Position numbers and translations under genes: made by a program. A DNA stretch of 64,000 nucleotides from an uncultured bacterium (GTDB lineage: Bacteria; Babelota; Babeliae; Babelales; Babelaceae): assembly GCA_963722385.1 (NCBI GenBank), contig CAVRKK010000002.1, positions 768,001 through 832,000 on the forward strand. The letters run 5' to 3'. Positions 49,470 through 59,404 of the stretch are shown one piece after another. The notes beneath the pieces were generated by a model, which did no database searches, had not been told where the DNA came from, and saw only the letters and a list, made by a program, of their open reading frames with translations. Numbering within the stretch: position 1 is the first letter of the stretch; the number at the start of each line of letters is the position of its first letter.

Positions 49470-50057
49470 TTAATCATACGCCAGCATATGCAGACTACGC
49501 GTATAGGCTGGCGTATCGTTCGTTGACCTATAGGTACACTGCAATACAGCTTTCAATGTTGACAATGACACCAAAGCACTATCAGGAAGAGATTTCTGGT
49601 CTAAGAAAAAAAGAGCATGGTAAGCAAGTGTTGCGGTCGTTATCCGGGTAAGCCTCACCGGAACGGCAAGCGCCAAAAGATGGTATTGTGCTCGTAAGGC
49701 ATAGGGTATCGCCACACGATACCAGCAGTTGTCGGCAAGTTGTTGAGTGCTTATACTATAGCCCTCCTCATCGGCACAACCTGGCTCCTCATACATTAAG
49801 CTCTCGTCCAGGCAGCTTCCATCGAGGGAAATAATAGCTCTACCCCTATCCAGCCGCGAACCTGCAAGAAACACGCGGATAGCTTGCGCAATCAGCGTTG
49901 GATTAAAAATGGCAAGGCCATGAACCTGAAAGCGATCAAAGGGATACCACATCTGCCGCATGTCATCATCCTGCCAAAAAAAGAGGCCGAGACGTTCTTG
50001 CTCTACAACAAGCGCGAGGGTGGGAGAAGTGGGCGGCATTCTTAATCCTTCAAACAT
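49470..50057 (-). CDS. Hypothetical protein, possibly a highly diverged PilM-like protein
   Basis: Sits in an operon directly upstream of the PilN-like gene. GLAIFNP..IAQAI segment. Confidence 0.5.
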   Translation of the reverse strand: MFEGLRMPPTSPTLALVVEQERLGLFFWQDDDMRQMWYPFDRFQVHGLAIFNPTLIAQAIRVFLAGSRLDRGRAIISLDGSCLDESLMYEEPGCADEEGYSISTQQLADNCWYRVAIPYALRAQYHLLALAVPVRLTRITTATLAYHALFFLDQKSLPDSALVSLSTLKAVLQCTYRSTNDTPAYTRSLHMLAYD

Positions 50058-50959
50058 GGCACTATTCCACGCACAACACGATCACGGTCCCGAATGTCTT
50101 TCATAACGATTACCTCGTTAAATCCAGCTTTTTCAAAGAGAGAGCTTACTGCTGGCCCTTGCTGGTGTCCTATCTCACACCACAGCTGTGCACATTTATA
50201 ATCAGGACGTAGGTATTGACCTGCATGAGCAACAATCTGCCTGATGATGTCTAAACCATCACGCCCTCCAACCAGCGCATGATAATCTTCCCAATACCGT
50301 ACGGCTGGATCAAGCAAAGGAAACTCGCTTTGTGTTACATAAGGAGGGTTGGTTACGATAAGATCGCACAAAAATCCAGGAGCAAGCTGCTCATAGAGGT
50401 CAGACCTCATAAACGAGCAGTTGGCAATTTCATACTTAGCGGCATTGAGCTGGGCGCAATCAAGTGCATTTGGAGAATTGTCAATGGCGACGATCGCCAC
50501 ATTTTTATGGGAAAATCTTGAAGCGATCGCCAATGCAATACATCCTGAGCCGGTGCACAAATCAAGTATGGTGAAAGGCTTTTTGGGCGTTGCCTGTTCA
50601 ACAAGCGGCTCGATGGTAATGATGACGTCGGCGCACCAAAACTCGGTTTCGGGCCTTGGAATGAGCACGGGTGGCTTGATCGAAAGCTCCAAGTCGAGAA
50701 AGGGAGCAGTACCAATGGCATAGACAAGCGGTACGCCAACCCGCTTTATCTTATCGACGATCTGGTCAAGGTGCCTTCTTTGATCATCCGAAATCATGAT
50801 AAAGGGATTGGTGATAAATTGGACGCGGCGCTTGCCTGTTACATACTCGAGAATCGACCAAGCTTGTGAGTACGCTACGCTATTAGAGGGGTACACCGTC
50901 AGTAATCGATAGCTAATATCTTTAGCGAGCAGTGAGATATTTGTATAGGTACCATCCAT
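50042..50959 (-). CDS. prmC: Release factor glutamine methyltransferase
   Basis: VLIPRPETE, LDLCTGSGCIA, NPPY, ALVGG.DGL and EIG..QG motifs. Confidence 0.95.
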   Translation of the reverse strand: MDGTYTNISLLAKDISYRLLTVYPSNSVAYSQAWSILEYVTGKRRVQFITNPFIMISDDQRRHLDQIVDKIKRVGVPLVYAIGTAPFLDLELSIKPPVLIPRPETEFWCADVIITIEPLVEQATPKKPFTILDLCTGSGCIALAIASRFSHKNVAIVAIDNSPNALDCAQLNAAKYEIANCSFMRSDLYEQLAPGFLCDLIVTNPPYVTQSEFPLLDPAVRYWEDYHALVGGRDGLDIIRQIVAHAGQYLRPDYKCAQLWCEIGHQQGPAVSSLFEKAGFNEVIVMKDIRDRDRVVRGIVPCLKD

Positions 50960-50976
50960 AGTATAATCATTTCCAT

Positions 50977-51864
50977 TTATTGAAGAAGTTGATTTACATA
51001 GGTTTCAGGGTCAAAAAGAGCCATCTGGTCGACCTGTTCGCCATACGAGAGGTAGGCTATAGGGACTTTCACCTCATGAGATATAGCAAAAACGATACCT
51101 CCTTTACCTGTACCATCCATTTTTGTAAGCACAATGCCATTGAGATTCGTTATGTGATTAAAAAGTTTTGCCTGATCAAGCGAATTCTGCCCTAAGAGTG
51201 AGTCTATGGTTAACAGCGTAATAACGGGGGATGTAGGCAGCTGGCGCGTTATGACCTTGCGAACTTTTTCGAGCTCGCGCATCAGGTGTTCTTTATTTTG
51301 CAGTCTGCCGGCGGTATCGATAATTAAAATATCGTAGCCGCCCTCACTAAACTTTTGACACGCGTTAAAAACGACGGAGGCCGGATCGGCATCAGGAGCG
51401 CCTTTTATCAGGTCAACGCCAAGCCGGCGAGCAAAGACCGAGAGTTGGTCAACCGCCGCTGCCCGAAAGGTGTCAGCAGCCGCCAAGAGCACCCTTTTGT
51501 TATGCGTAACGTAGAAGTGCGCAAGCTTGGCAGCAAACGTCGTTTTACCCGTACCATTCACGCCAACGAGTATATAGACCGCTGCGTTATTGGCATAAGG
51601 ATGCTGCCGCAAGAGCGCCGTAAGCTCGTTGGCAAGAGCATCTTTCAGCTGATTGCCTTGCGTGATTTGGCCTCGAGCTACCATCTGTCGCAGCTGCTCC
51701 ATTAAGAGGCGTGTTGTAGCAACGCCGGTATCAGCCTCAAGCAAGATGCGCTCAAGCTGACTGAGCACCTCTTCGTCTACTTTGTTCTTAACAAACAAAG
51801 AACCAAGCCGCGTCGTGACCTGCGTATAAATTTTGCTCAACTGCTCTTTCAAGAACCGAAACAT
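50977..51864 (-). CDS. ftsY: SRP receptor FtsY (short form)
   Basis: GVNGTGKTT, DTFRAAA, DTAGR and TKMDGTGKGG motifs. Confidence 0.96.
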   Translation of the reverse strand: MFRFLKEQLSKIYTQVTTRLGSLFVKNKVDEEVLSQLERILLEADTGVATTRLLMEQLRQMVARGQITQGNQLKDALANELTALLRQHPYANNAAVYILVGVNGTGKTTFAAKLAHFYVTHNKRVLLAAADTFRAAAVDQLSVFARRLGVDLIKGAPDADPASVVFNACQKFSEGGYDILIIDTAGRLQNKEHLMRELEKVRKVITRQLPTSPVITLLTIDSLLGQNSLDQAKLFNHITNLNGIVLTKMDGTGKGGIVFAISHEVKVPIAYLSYGEQVDQMALFDPETYVNQLLQ

Positions 51865-51986
51865 TGCCAGTTTTTCTCTCCATTCACAAAGTGCCTTATT
51901 CTAATTTTATCGTTATAGAATAAGAAAGCAATATGTGGACCAAGCTAGACTTGTGGTCTCTGAAAAGAAATTGCTGTTCGCGGGAC

Positions 51987-52193
51987 TTATTGCAAGTGTT
52001 TCCATAATTCGGTGCCGTTGCGTTGTGCAATTTCAGGGAAGGGTAATGAACGCAGTGTTGTTGGACTTATACCCATTTGAGTGGCCATCTTTGCAATTGA
52101 TAGTCCTATTTTTCTATTAACAACAAGCAGTCTCTCACGGATTGCATCTTGATTTTTTTTATCCAAAAGTTGTTTGTAGCTGTATTCAGCCAT
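51987..52193 (-). pseudogene. Small HTH protein, 3'-truncated paralogue of 59734-59961
   Basis: YSYK.LL.KKNQD.IRERLL.VNRK.GLSIAKMA.QMGISPTTLRS is shared. The match ends at about 52045. Confidence 0.6.
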
Positions 52194-52433
52194 GCTTTCC
52201 CCAGGTTGTCTATATATTCCATATCTGCGCCTGAATAATTATCATGGCCAAGATAAGCTTTGTATAACTCTTTTCGTTTAAACCTTATAACTGGCTCTTT
52301 TGTTCGAACGATGTCCAGGAATAGATTGTAATAGCAAGAGCTTTCATGACAATAATTATTTCTTGCAATAAAGCTGCTTTTGAATATGCTTTATCTGTTA
52401 GTTTAAATCGATCTCAAAGAAGCGTGAGGATGC

Positions 52434-52678
52434 ATGACTAAAAGACTGTTCCAAAGAGAGCAATACCAGTAGACAGCTCTAAAGAAAAAGCTACCTTCAA
52501 TCTCTCTATTACGATACTGGAATCACTTGAAGAAGCCTGGCTCAATCTAAGACGCGCCACTAAAGGCCAGAACAAGATGACCAAAACTTCAATTGTTGAA
52601 GCAGCTCTGGCAATAGCCCTAGCTGAACTGAAAGATAAGAAAAAGCTGAGCGAGCTTTATAAAAGATTAGAGGAATAA
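52434..52678 (+). pseudogene. Small ribbon-helix-helix-like gene with a frameshift after codon 3
   Basis: One extra A in the A4 run after ATGACT gives MTKKTVPKRAIPVDSSKEKATFNLSITILESLEEAWLNLRR..MTKTSIVEAALAIALAEL..LEE*. GAGGA RBS. Confidence 0.55.
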
Positions 52679-52684
52679 AAGAAT

Positions 52685-54256
52685 ATGGCAGAGAAAATGG
52701 ACAAGAAAAAACTTCCTATCGATGTCAGTGATTTTGCAACGATTATTTCCGAGAATTACCTTTATGTCGATAAAACCTATTACATCCATCAACTCATCAC
52801 AAAGGGTCGGCTCTACTTTTTATCAAGACCGAGACGCTTTGGCAAATCGCTCATGATTTCAACGCTCAAGGAAATTTTTTCTGGTAATCAAAGCCTTTTC
52901 CAGAATTTATGGATAGGGAAAAGCAACTATACATGGCCAAATCATCCAGTCATTTCTCTTAATTTCTCTAAACTTGATTTTGATACGCCTACTGACTTAA
53001 GAGCCCAACTTAAGTGGACAATTGGCGATATTGCTTTTCAAAATAATATAAATGTCTCTTCAGCCCCTTCGGCTGGCGCTAAACTAGAACTGTTGGTAAG
53101 AAAGCTTGCTCAGCATAATAAAGTAGTTATTCTCATAGATGAGTATGATGCTCCTTTACTTAAATACATTAATGAACTAAAAATAGTTTCACGTATTCGT
53201 GAAATAATCAGCTCTTTCTTTACGGTAATAAAAAGCCTTGACGAGTATTGTAGGGCTATTTTTATTACCGGTGTAAGCCAATTTTCTAAAGCATCCATTT
53301 TTTCTGGTATGAATAATTTAAACGATATATCGCTCAAGCCAGAAGCAGAAGTCCTTCTAGGCTATACGCAAAAAGAGATAAACGAATACTTCGGTGAATA
53401 TATTGACGCATGTGCACAAGCTCGTGGAGTAGACTCAAAGTTTATTTTAGATGAGATGCAAACATGGTATAACGGATACTGTTTTTCGGAAGATACGCAA
53501 GACCGTGTTTACAATCCTTACTCAGTTCTTTACTACCTTAATGATAGAAAACTTAAAAACTACTGGTTTCAAACAGGAACACCCTTTTTCCTTATGAACC
53601 TGATTAAAACACAATTTCCCTGGCTGCATGAAATAGAAGAAATTGAACTGAGCGGCGAAAGTTTAGGTAAATTTGATATAAATGATATACCATTGATACC
53701 AGTTCTTTTTCAAACAGGTTACCTCACTATTAAAAGCTACGACCCTAAAACAAGCAAATATAAGCTTGGTTATCCAAATGAAGAAGTGCGTAGATCTTTT
53801 AAAGAATATTTATTGGGCGCGCTCTCTAATACAAGTGTAGCCACTGTAGAGCCAATGATAGCAACCCTTAAACGCGCCATCGAATCGAATAATATTGGGC
53901 TTTTTTGCTCAATCATAGAAAGCGTACTTGCCAGTATACCTTACTACCTCCATAAGCCTTCTGAAAGTTATTATCATTCACTCCTACTCATAATATTAGA
54001 CTTGTTAAGATATGAAACTCATGCAGAAGTTGCTACAAGTATAGGACGGATAGATCTGGCTGTACCAACTCCTCATCATATTTTTATCTTTGAATTCAAA
54101 TTTAATGCTACCGCTCAAGAAGCGCTTAATCAAATTAGAGACCGCGAGTATTATAAGAAATACCTACATAAAGGCAAGCCTATTATTTTAGTCGGCATTT
54201 CCTTCAATTTTACCGGTAAAGAATTATCACTTGATTGGGCGGAAGAAGCGGTGTAA
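52685..54256 (+). CDS. AAA-like ATPase fused to a PD-(D/E)XK nuclease (PF09820/PF08011-type architecture)
   Basis: YVDKT, SRPRRFGKS, LIDEYD, WYNGY, GRIDL..IFEFK and A..QI...Y motifs. Confidence 0.88.
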   Translation: MAEKMDKKKLPIDVSDFATIISENYLYVDKTYYIHQLITKGRLYFLSRPRRFGKSLMISTLKEIFSGNQSLFQNLWIGKSNYTWPNHPVISLNFSKLDFDTPTDLRAQLKWTIGDIAFQNNINVSSAPSAGAKLELLVRKLAQHNKVVILIDEYDAPLLKYINELKIVSRIREIISSFFTVIKSLDEYCRAIFITGVSQFSKASIFSGMNNLNDISLKPEAEVLLGYTQKEINEYFGEYIDACAQARGVDSKFILDEMQTWYNGYCFSEDTQDRVYNPYSVLYYLNDRKLKNYWFQTGTPFFLMNLIKTQFPWLHEIEEIELSGESLGKFDINDIPLIPVLFQTGYLTIKSYDPKTSKYKLGYPNEEVRRSFKEYLLGALSNTSVATVEPMIATLKRAIESNNIGLFCSIIESVLASIPYYLHKPSESYYHSLLLIILDLLRYETHAEVATSIGRIDLAVPTPHHIFIFEFKFNATAQEALNQIRDREYYKKYLHKGKPIILVGISFNFTGKELSLDWAEEAV

Positions 54257-54429
54257 TTCCTACTCGTGCTTATTTTGGATTTTATAGAAGTCATAGAAAA
54301 AGATGCACATGTTCATGTCTGTAAAGAAGACATTACAGACATGCAAAACAAATAATTCAAAGCAAATTAAGTGAGCCTCAAAAGCCACAACACATATCAT
54401 CGATTAAAAATCGATGATTAGGGAGAGAA

Positions 54430-54758
54430 TTACTTGGTGCTTATATAACGAGCAAGAGCAAATGCAGAATTACCACAACTGAAGAGACCTCCTATCAGAA
54501 TTTTGCCATCAACTTGCAGCGCCATACTAGCAGCAACGTTATCTCGACAACCATCAAATCTTGTGGTCGTAGTTCCTGGAAGTTTCCCTAGAGGAGCGAA
54601 AGACTGATCTAAAGTTCCATTTGTCCAATAGCGCGCAACACCAAAGTCTGAGTTTCCATTAGCAGCACCAGCATATCCTGATGCCAATATTTTGCCATCT
54701 TCTTGTAGAGTGAGGCTAGTAGCCGAATCATCTCCATAGTTAAAGAACTCTGTAAATA
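54430..54758 (-). pseudogene. C-terminal fragment of a delta-60 repeat (beta-propeller) protein, truncated by an IS
   Basis: LQEDGKILASG, VARY..NGTLDQSF, LQVDGKILIGG and FALARY. The frame runs up to the IS end. Confidence 0.7.
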
Positions 54759-55905
54759 CAGGACTTCCTCAAAATCTCCAAAGATTTGATCTAGCTTGAC
54801 TTTTGAGTAAAAAAATACTCTCCTAACGGTTGGAAAAAACCAAAAAAAGGAGAGTATTATGCTTACTAGTAGCACCATATTAACATACCCATTGCTTTTA
54901 ATTTTGTCGAATGGCAAAAGAAGTTTTCAAAATTTAGGCAGATTAATTGCTAAAAGTGGCGATACAATCAAGCGATACCTTCGGTCATCATCACTAAGCA
55001 TGGAATTGATGGTGCAATTAGCGAATACTATGTTTTTGAAAAAGAGGCATTTGGTTCTGGTAGTTGATGATACGTTAATCAGAAAAATCTATTCTCGCTT
55101 TATGGAGGGCTCTGGACGATTTTATGACACAAAAATTGGGCGATCAATTACTGCCTATAGGCTAATTGCTGCAATAATAACTGACGGTAGGTTTGTAATG
55201 CCTATTAATTGCGCATTTATGTTTGCGAAAGAACTTGTATCAGAGTCTGGTAAGATAAAATCGAAAGAAGATTTTTTTAAAGAGTTTGTAAAAAATGCAA
55301 TAAAGGTGTTTCCCGATAAAAAAATTCGCGTAGCAGCTGATGGATTCTATTCATCGATTAACATTATAAAATGGTGTCTTGATAATAACATTGAATGCGA
55401 AATGCGAATGCACAAAAATCGAAGAGTTGAATACAATGGGAAAAGCGTTGTAATAAGTGAAATAAAAAAGCTAATTCCAGTTGGGAGGCAAATGGCGAAA
55501 ACAATCAAAGTTATTTGGCATGAAATGCGCGTATACATCACTGCCGTCAAGCGTATTGATAAACATAACATCGAAAGCATCGTATATCAGGTTTCGACAT
55601 ACCACGCTTCACCTGATGAACACGCACAAACTTATAAAAAAAGATGGGGCGTGGAAAAAGTTTTTCGCACTATTAAGCAATATTTAGGTCTGGAGGAGTG
55701 CTTTTCGAGAAAATTAGAATCGCACAGCGATCATGTGACTGCTGTCTTTGTGGCTTACTCAATAGCTCAGTTGGAAATGAGAAAAAGAAAATTAGATACC
55801 CCAGAAGACGCTCTTAGAGCTCTTAAGTTTAAAAAATACAATGCTCTAGAACATCGATTGTCTGCATTGCATCAAATCTTTAACGTTGCTCATGCGTAAC
55901 TTCTG
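54759..55905 (+). mobile_element. IS701/IS4-like insertion sequence
   Basis: Imperfect terminal inverted repeats (CAGGACTTCCTCA and TGCGTAACTTCTG) around a DDE transposase. Confidence 0.65.
54859..55899 (+). CDS. DDE transposase (IS701/IS4-like)
   Basis: VVDDT, AADGFY and Y..RW.VE..FR..KQ.LGL motifs. Confidence 0.9.
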   Translation: MLTSSTILTYPLLLILSNGKRSFQNLGRLIAKSGDTIKRYLRSSSLSMELMVQLANTMFLKKRHLVLVVDDTLIRKIYSRFMEGSGRFYDTKIGRSITAYRLIAAIITDGRFVMPINCAFMFAKELVSESGKIKSKEDFFKEFVKNAIKVFPDKKIRVAADGFYSSINIIKWCLDNNIECEMRMHKNRRVEYNGKSVVISEIKKLIPVGRQMAKTIKVIWHEMRVYITAVKRIDKHNIESIVYQVSTYHASPDEHAQTYKKRWGVEKVFRTIKQYLGLEECFSRKLESHSDHVTAVFVAYSIAQLEMRKRKLDTPEDALRALKFKKYNALEHRLSALHQIFNVAHA

Positions 55906-56449
55906 AAAATAGTTACTCGTCTCTCATAATATTTAGCTGTTTTAGCTTTTGTTTTTATGTTGTACACATAATTTGTGTACAGTGTGTACACGCGGCTGTG
56001 TACAATAAGATGAAAAATCATTCCAAAAATATGTTGCAATCGCAGGATTGTTATTTTGGGGTAACGGTTGTTAAACAGAGTAAGCATTTTGTACACAAGC
56101 AAAGTGAGCTACAGCAAGCCATAACACATATATTTAGGTAGCTGTACACACGGGTAAAAAAGACAGCATTTTTATACCATGTATCAGTCGCGTGAGAGCG
56201 GCTACTGATTTGTTTTTATAGATCGGTTGATAAACATCGGTTGATAAACAGAGACGAAGCTCTGTGGGGGCTATTGGCTTAATCGGAAAAGACGAGAAAG
56301 CAACATTTCTTAAATTAGTAGCTCATAAATTGCGGCATGATGAACAGGCCTGCCGCGTAGGCCAATGGCCCAAAAATGTTGACTTTTATTGAAAAAATAC
56401 ACCATAATTGTATTATAATCTTTTTTTAAGCCATACAAAGGAGTATACG

Positions 56450-56836
56450 ATGAAATTTAATAATTCATTTTTACAAGGTTTTGTTTTAGCAGGCTTACTT
56501 ATATCGACCAGCGCTCTTTTCAATCAAGTTGGCGGTGAATATCCTCCTCATTATGAGTGGAAAAATTATTGCGCGGTATTGCTCAATAGTACTCATGAAA
56601 GAGTCGCCGGCTCAATTCAAGTACGTGCAGCGGAAGGAAATTTAACAGGAAGCTTCTTTATTGAGCCAGGCCAAACAAAATTACTGTCAGGCCCAATGGC
56701 TATGAACGAGCAAGCTGAGATCATAATTTCGAGCCCGAAGGTAGCTTATTATACGCTTAGAGGTGTAGAATCTTCACGAGAAACAGGATGCGAAAATCTA
56801 ATTTACGACGGTACTCAAATTCGACCTGTAGAATAA
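56450..56836 (+). CDS. Hypothetical exported protein
   Basis: AAGGAG RBS, signal peptide, upstream TTGACT-N18-CATAAT and a downstream hairpin at 56868-56893. Confidence 0.7.
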   Translation: MKFNNSFLQGFVLAGLLISTSALFNQVGGEYPPHYEWKNYCAVLLNSTHERVAGSIQVRAAEGNLTGSFFIEPGQTKLLSGPMAMNEQAEIIISSPKVAYYTLRGVESSRETGCENLIYDGTQIRPVE

Positions 56837-56968
56837 AACAATTAAAAAAGCCATCAGAGGCTATAAAGACCTAGCGCTACAGAGTGCTAGGTCAGTCATA
56901 CTTCGCCAATGCTTTTTGTGGGACCTCGCTCGCCGGGAGCAGGTGCTATCTGTTATAGTTTGCAAGGT

Positions 56969-57344
56969 CTAAGAAACTATTCTAAGACTTCGTTTATTGA
57001 TATATTGACCAAGCGAAATATGGTTAGTATAACCTAAAAATCTAGCTATCTTCCTGATCGATAGACCAATTTGAAGTAGTTCTTTAATTTTATCAACATG
57101 CTTGTCAACTCTTTTGAATCGTCCCTTTAGGTTTGCCAATCCTAATTCCCTGGCGCTTTTTGGCAGCGAGCGCTTCTCGCGTTCTTTGGCTAATAAGATC
57201 CCGCTCAAGTTCAGCGAAGAGGCAAAACATAGTAATCAGTACTTTTGATCCCATGTCCTGATGATTTGAATCTAATCCCTGCTTTATGACAATAAGTCGG
57301 ATATTGCGCTTGATAAGATCATTAATAAGGCTCATAACTTCGGC
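56969..57344 (-). pseudogene. Partial duplicate of the serine resolvase (3' half, frameshifted)
   Basis: Near-identical to 58214-58594, lacking the N-terminal catalytic region and with a 5-nt deletion near 57108. Confidence 0.8.
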
Positions 57345-57426
57345 GTTACCTTGTTTAGAAAGTGAGCGATAAAGAGATTCACGATTTAGAGTATCGTAAC
57401 GCAAGCTGCGTCACAATTAGTAGGTT

Positions 57427-57741
57427 TTAATTTTTTCTACTAGAACGAACTTCGAAATAAAAGTCCAATGTTCTTAATATAGAAATGAGATTTTTGATTT
57501 TTGGGTTACCTTGTTTAGAAAGTGAGCGATAAAGAGATTCACGATTTAAGTGAGTATCTTTCGCTAAATCGGTCATTCCTTTACCCTGTGCTTTTAATAC
57601 ATTTTTGAGTGCTACGAGAAAGACTCTGGGGTCTTCATCTTGTAGAGCTGCGTTAATATAGGCTTCTGCTTCTTCAGGGTCTTGAAGATCTTGCATAAGA
57701 ATTTCGTAGTAATCAACCTCATTATTTTTTTTATTCTTCAT
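57427..57741 (-). CDS. Addiction module antidote, HTH antitoxin (HI1420-like)
   Basis: YINAAL..DP..FL.AL..V.KA..GMT.LA....NRESLYRSLS..GNP pattern. Confidence 0.88.
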   Translation of the reverse strand: MKNKKNNEVDYYEILMQDLQDPEEAEAYINAALQDEDPRVFLVALKNVLKAQGKGMTDLAKDTHLNRESLYRSLSKQGNPKIKNLISILRTLDFYFEVRSSRKN

Positions 57742-58078
57742 AAGGTGCCTCTTTCGATGTTTTATTATAGATGCTCCAATAAGCTTTTGCTTTATCAATA
57801 TCTCGATCTTGGGTGCTTTTATCTCCTGCTATAAGTAGTATAACTTTAGTAGAGCCTTTTTCTCCAAAATATATTCTATAACCTGGCCCATAGTGTATAC
57901 GCAATTCCTGTACACCATTTCCAACAGGATCACAATTCCCGGAGTTCCCTATCTTCAAACGATCAATGCGGATTCTCATGATTGCCCTTGTTTTCGTATC
58001 TAGTTTGTAGAACCATTTGAAAAATGGGCTTTTTCTATAGTCATTTGTTGACTCAGGAATATAAACCGTAATAAACAT
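57731..58078 (-). CDS. Addiction module killer, RelE/ParE-family toxin (HI1419-like)
   Basis: PF.KW...L..RIDRL..GN.G...VG.GV.ELRIHYGPGYRIYF and GDKSTQ.RDI..A motifs. Confidence 0.9.
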   Translation of the reverse strand: MFITVYIPESTNDYRKSPFFKWFYKLDTKTRAIMRIRIDRLKIGNSGNCDPVGNGVQELRIHYGPGYRIYFGEKGSTKVILLIAGDKSTQDRDIDKAKAYWSIYNKTSKEAPYEE

Positions 58079-58213
58079 TGGCGCCTCAAAATTAATAGCC
58101 CTATTGTAGCTTTAATGCTACGAAATGTCAACAAAACCAATAAATTTTGCGAAGTGCACAGTAAAATGGCGAATTATATGGGCAGCCATAAGGAATAGAT
58201 GTGTTCTTAGCTT

Positions 58214-58832
58214 CTAAGAGACTATTCTGAGGCTTCGCTTATTAATATACTGACCAAGCGAAATATGGTTAGTATAACCTAAAAACCTAGCTATCTTCCT
58301 GATCGATAGACCAATTTGAAGTAGTTCTTTAATTTTATCCACATGGGCATCAAACTTACTCTTTTGAATCGTCCCTTTAGGTTTGCCAATTCTAATTCCC
58401 CTGGCGCTTTTTGGACGCGAGCGCCTCTCGCGTCCTTTGGCTAATAAGATCCCGCTCAAGTTCAGCGAAGAGGCAAAACATAGTAATCAGTACTTTTGAT
58501 CCCATGTCCTGATGATTTGAATCTAATCCCTGCTTTATGACAATAAGTCGGATATTGCGCTTGATAAGATCATTAACAAGGCTCATGACTTCAGCTGTGC
58601 TTCTGCCCAGCCTACTCAGTTCCGTAACAAGCAACGTATCAAAACCCGCAAGCCTTTCAACAAGCTCTTCAATGCGTCTCTCGATAGCTGTTTTTCTTGA
58701 AGAAGCTTCTATTTCTATAAAATCATCTACCTTTATATCTTTCCTGCGCGCGTATTCAAGAATTTCTAATTTTTGATTATTTAAGTCTTGTTTGTCACAA
58801 GAAGTTCTAATATAAGCAATTGTCTTATTCAT
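58214..58832 (-). pseudogene. Serine resolvase/invertase split by a +1 frameshift before the HTH
   Basis: YIRTS..KQ, ELSRLGRS and AELERDLISQRTREAL motifs. A G4 run at 58398-58401 (G3 in the duplicate) moves the HTH out of frame. Confidence 0.82.
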
Positions 58833-59000
58833 CGTTTTTTCCGGTAAGTATTAAGGCAAAAATACAAACAAAACTATACAAAATAAAGCAGCAATTTACC
58901 AGTAAAGAATGAGGCAAAATATTTGAGAAAAACCGGCCGATTTTGCTTACCGCTGCTCGCTGCAAATTTAAGTTGGTAAGATCTACTGGGCTACTAACAT

Positions 59001-59040
59001 TTGACTTAGTATAATATAATGAACTATAATATATTATATT
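59001..59040 (+). promoter_or_regulatory. Candidate promoter and operator of the second TA pair
   Basis: TTGACT-N18-TATAAT overlapped by the inverted repeat AATATAAT..ATTATATT. Confidence 0.55.
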
Positions 59041-59057
59041 GAAGCTTCTTTAAGATT

Positions 59058-59393
59058 TTGTCTAAGAAAGATGATATGAAAAAATGGAACATTAAGTATT
59101 GGGCCAATGACCAAGGGAAAGGCTTAATAGAACAATGGCTCAATCAGTTAACGAAAGAGCAATTCAAATCTGTTGCCAAGGAAATCGTCATGCTTGAGCT
59201 TGCTGGTAATGAATTAAAACTTCCACATAGCAGATCCTTAGGCAAAGGATTATTTGAATTAAGGGAGCGTAAGTATGGATATCGCATATATTACGCTTTT
59301 ATTGGCAAGATGGTAATTATCCTTCTTGCTGCAGATAAGAAAAGTCAGAAAAATGATATTAAAATTGCTCGTGAACGTTTATTAGAACTATAG
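59058..59393 (+). CDS. RelE/ParE (HigB/Gp49-like) toxin; ATG at 59076 is a possible start
   Basis: W+I.YW, LPHSRSLGKGLFELRE..YRIYY and KKSQ..DI..A..RL motifs. Confidence 0.85.
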   Translation: MSKKDDMKKWNIKYWANDQGKGLIEQWLNQLTKEQFKSVAKEIVMLELAGNELKLPHSRSLGKGLFELRERKYGYRIYYAFIGKMVIILLAADKKSQKNDIKIARERLLEL

Positions 59394-59404
59394 AAAGGGA
59401 AACC

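Noticed and set aside
54754..55911. Target-site duplication for the IS701/IS4-like element
   Set aside because: AAATA occurs on both sides but is offset by one base from the inverted repeat, and the right flank does not continue the delta-60 gene.
58392..58402. Programmed frameshift in the resolvase
   Set aside because: The duplicate has G3 and reads through in frame, so G4 is better explained as a mutation or sequencing error.
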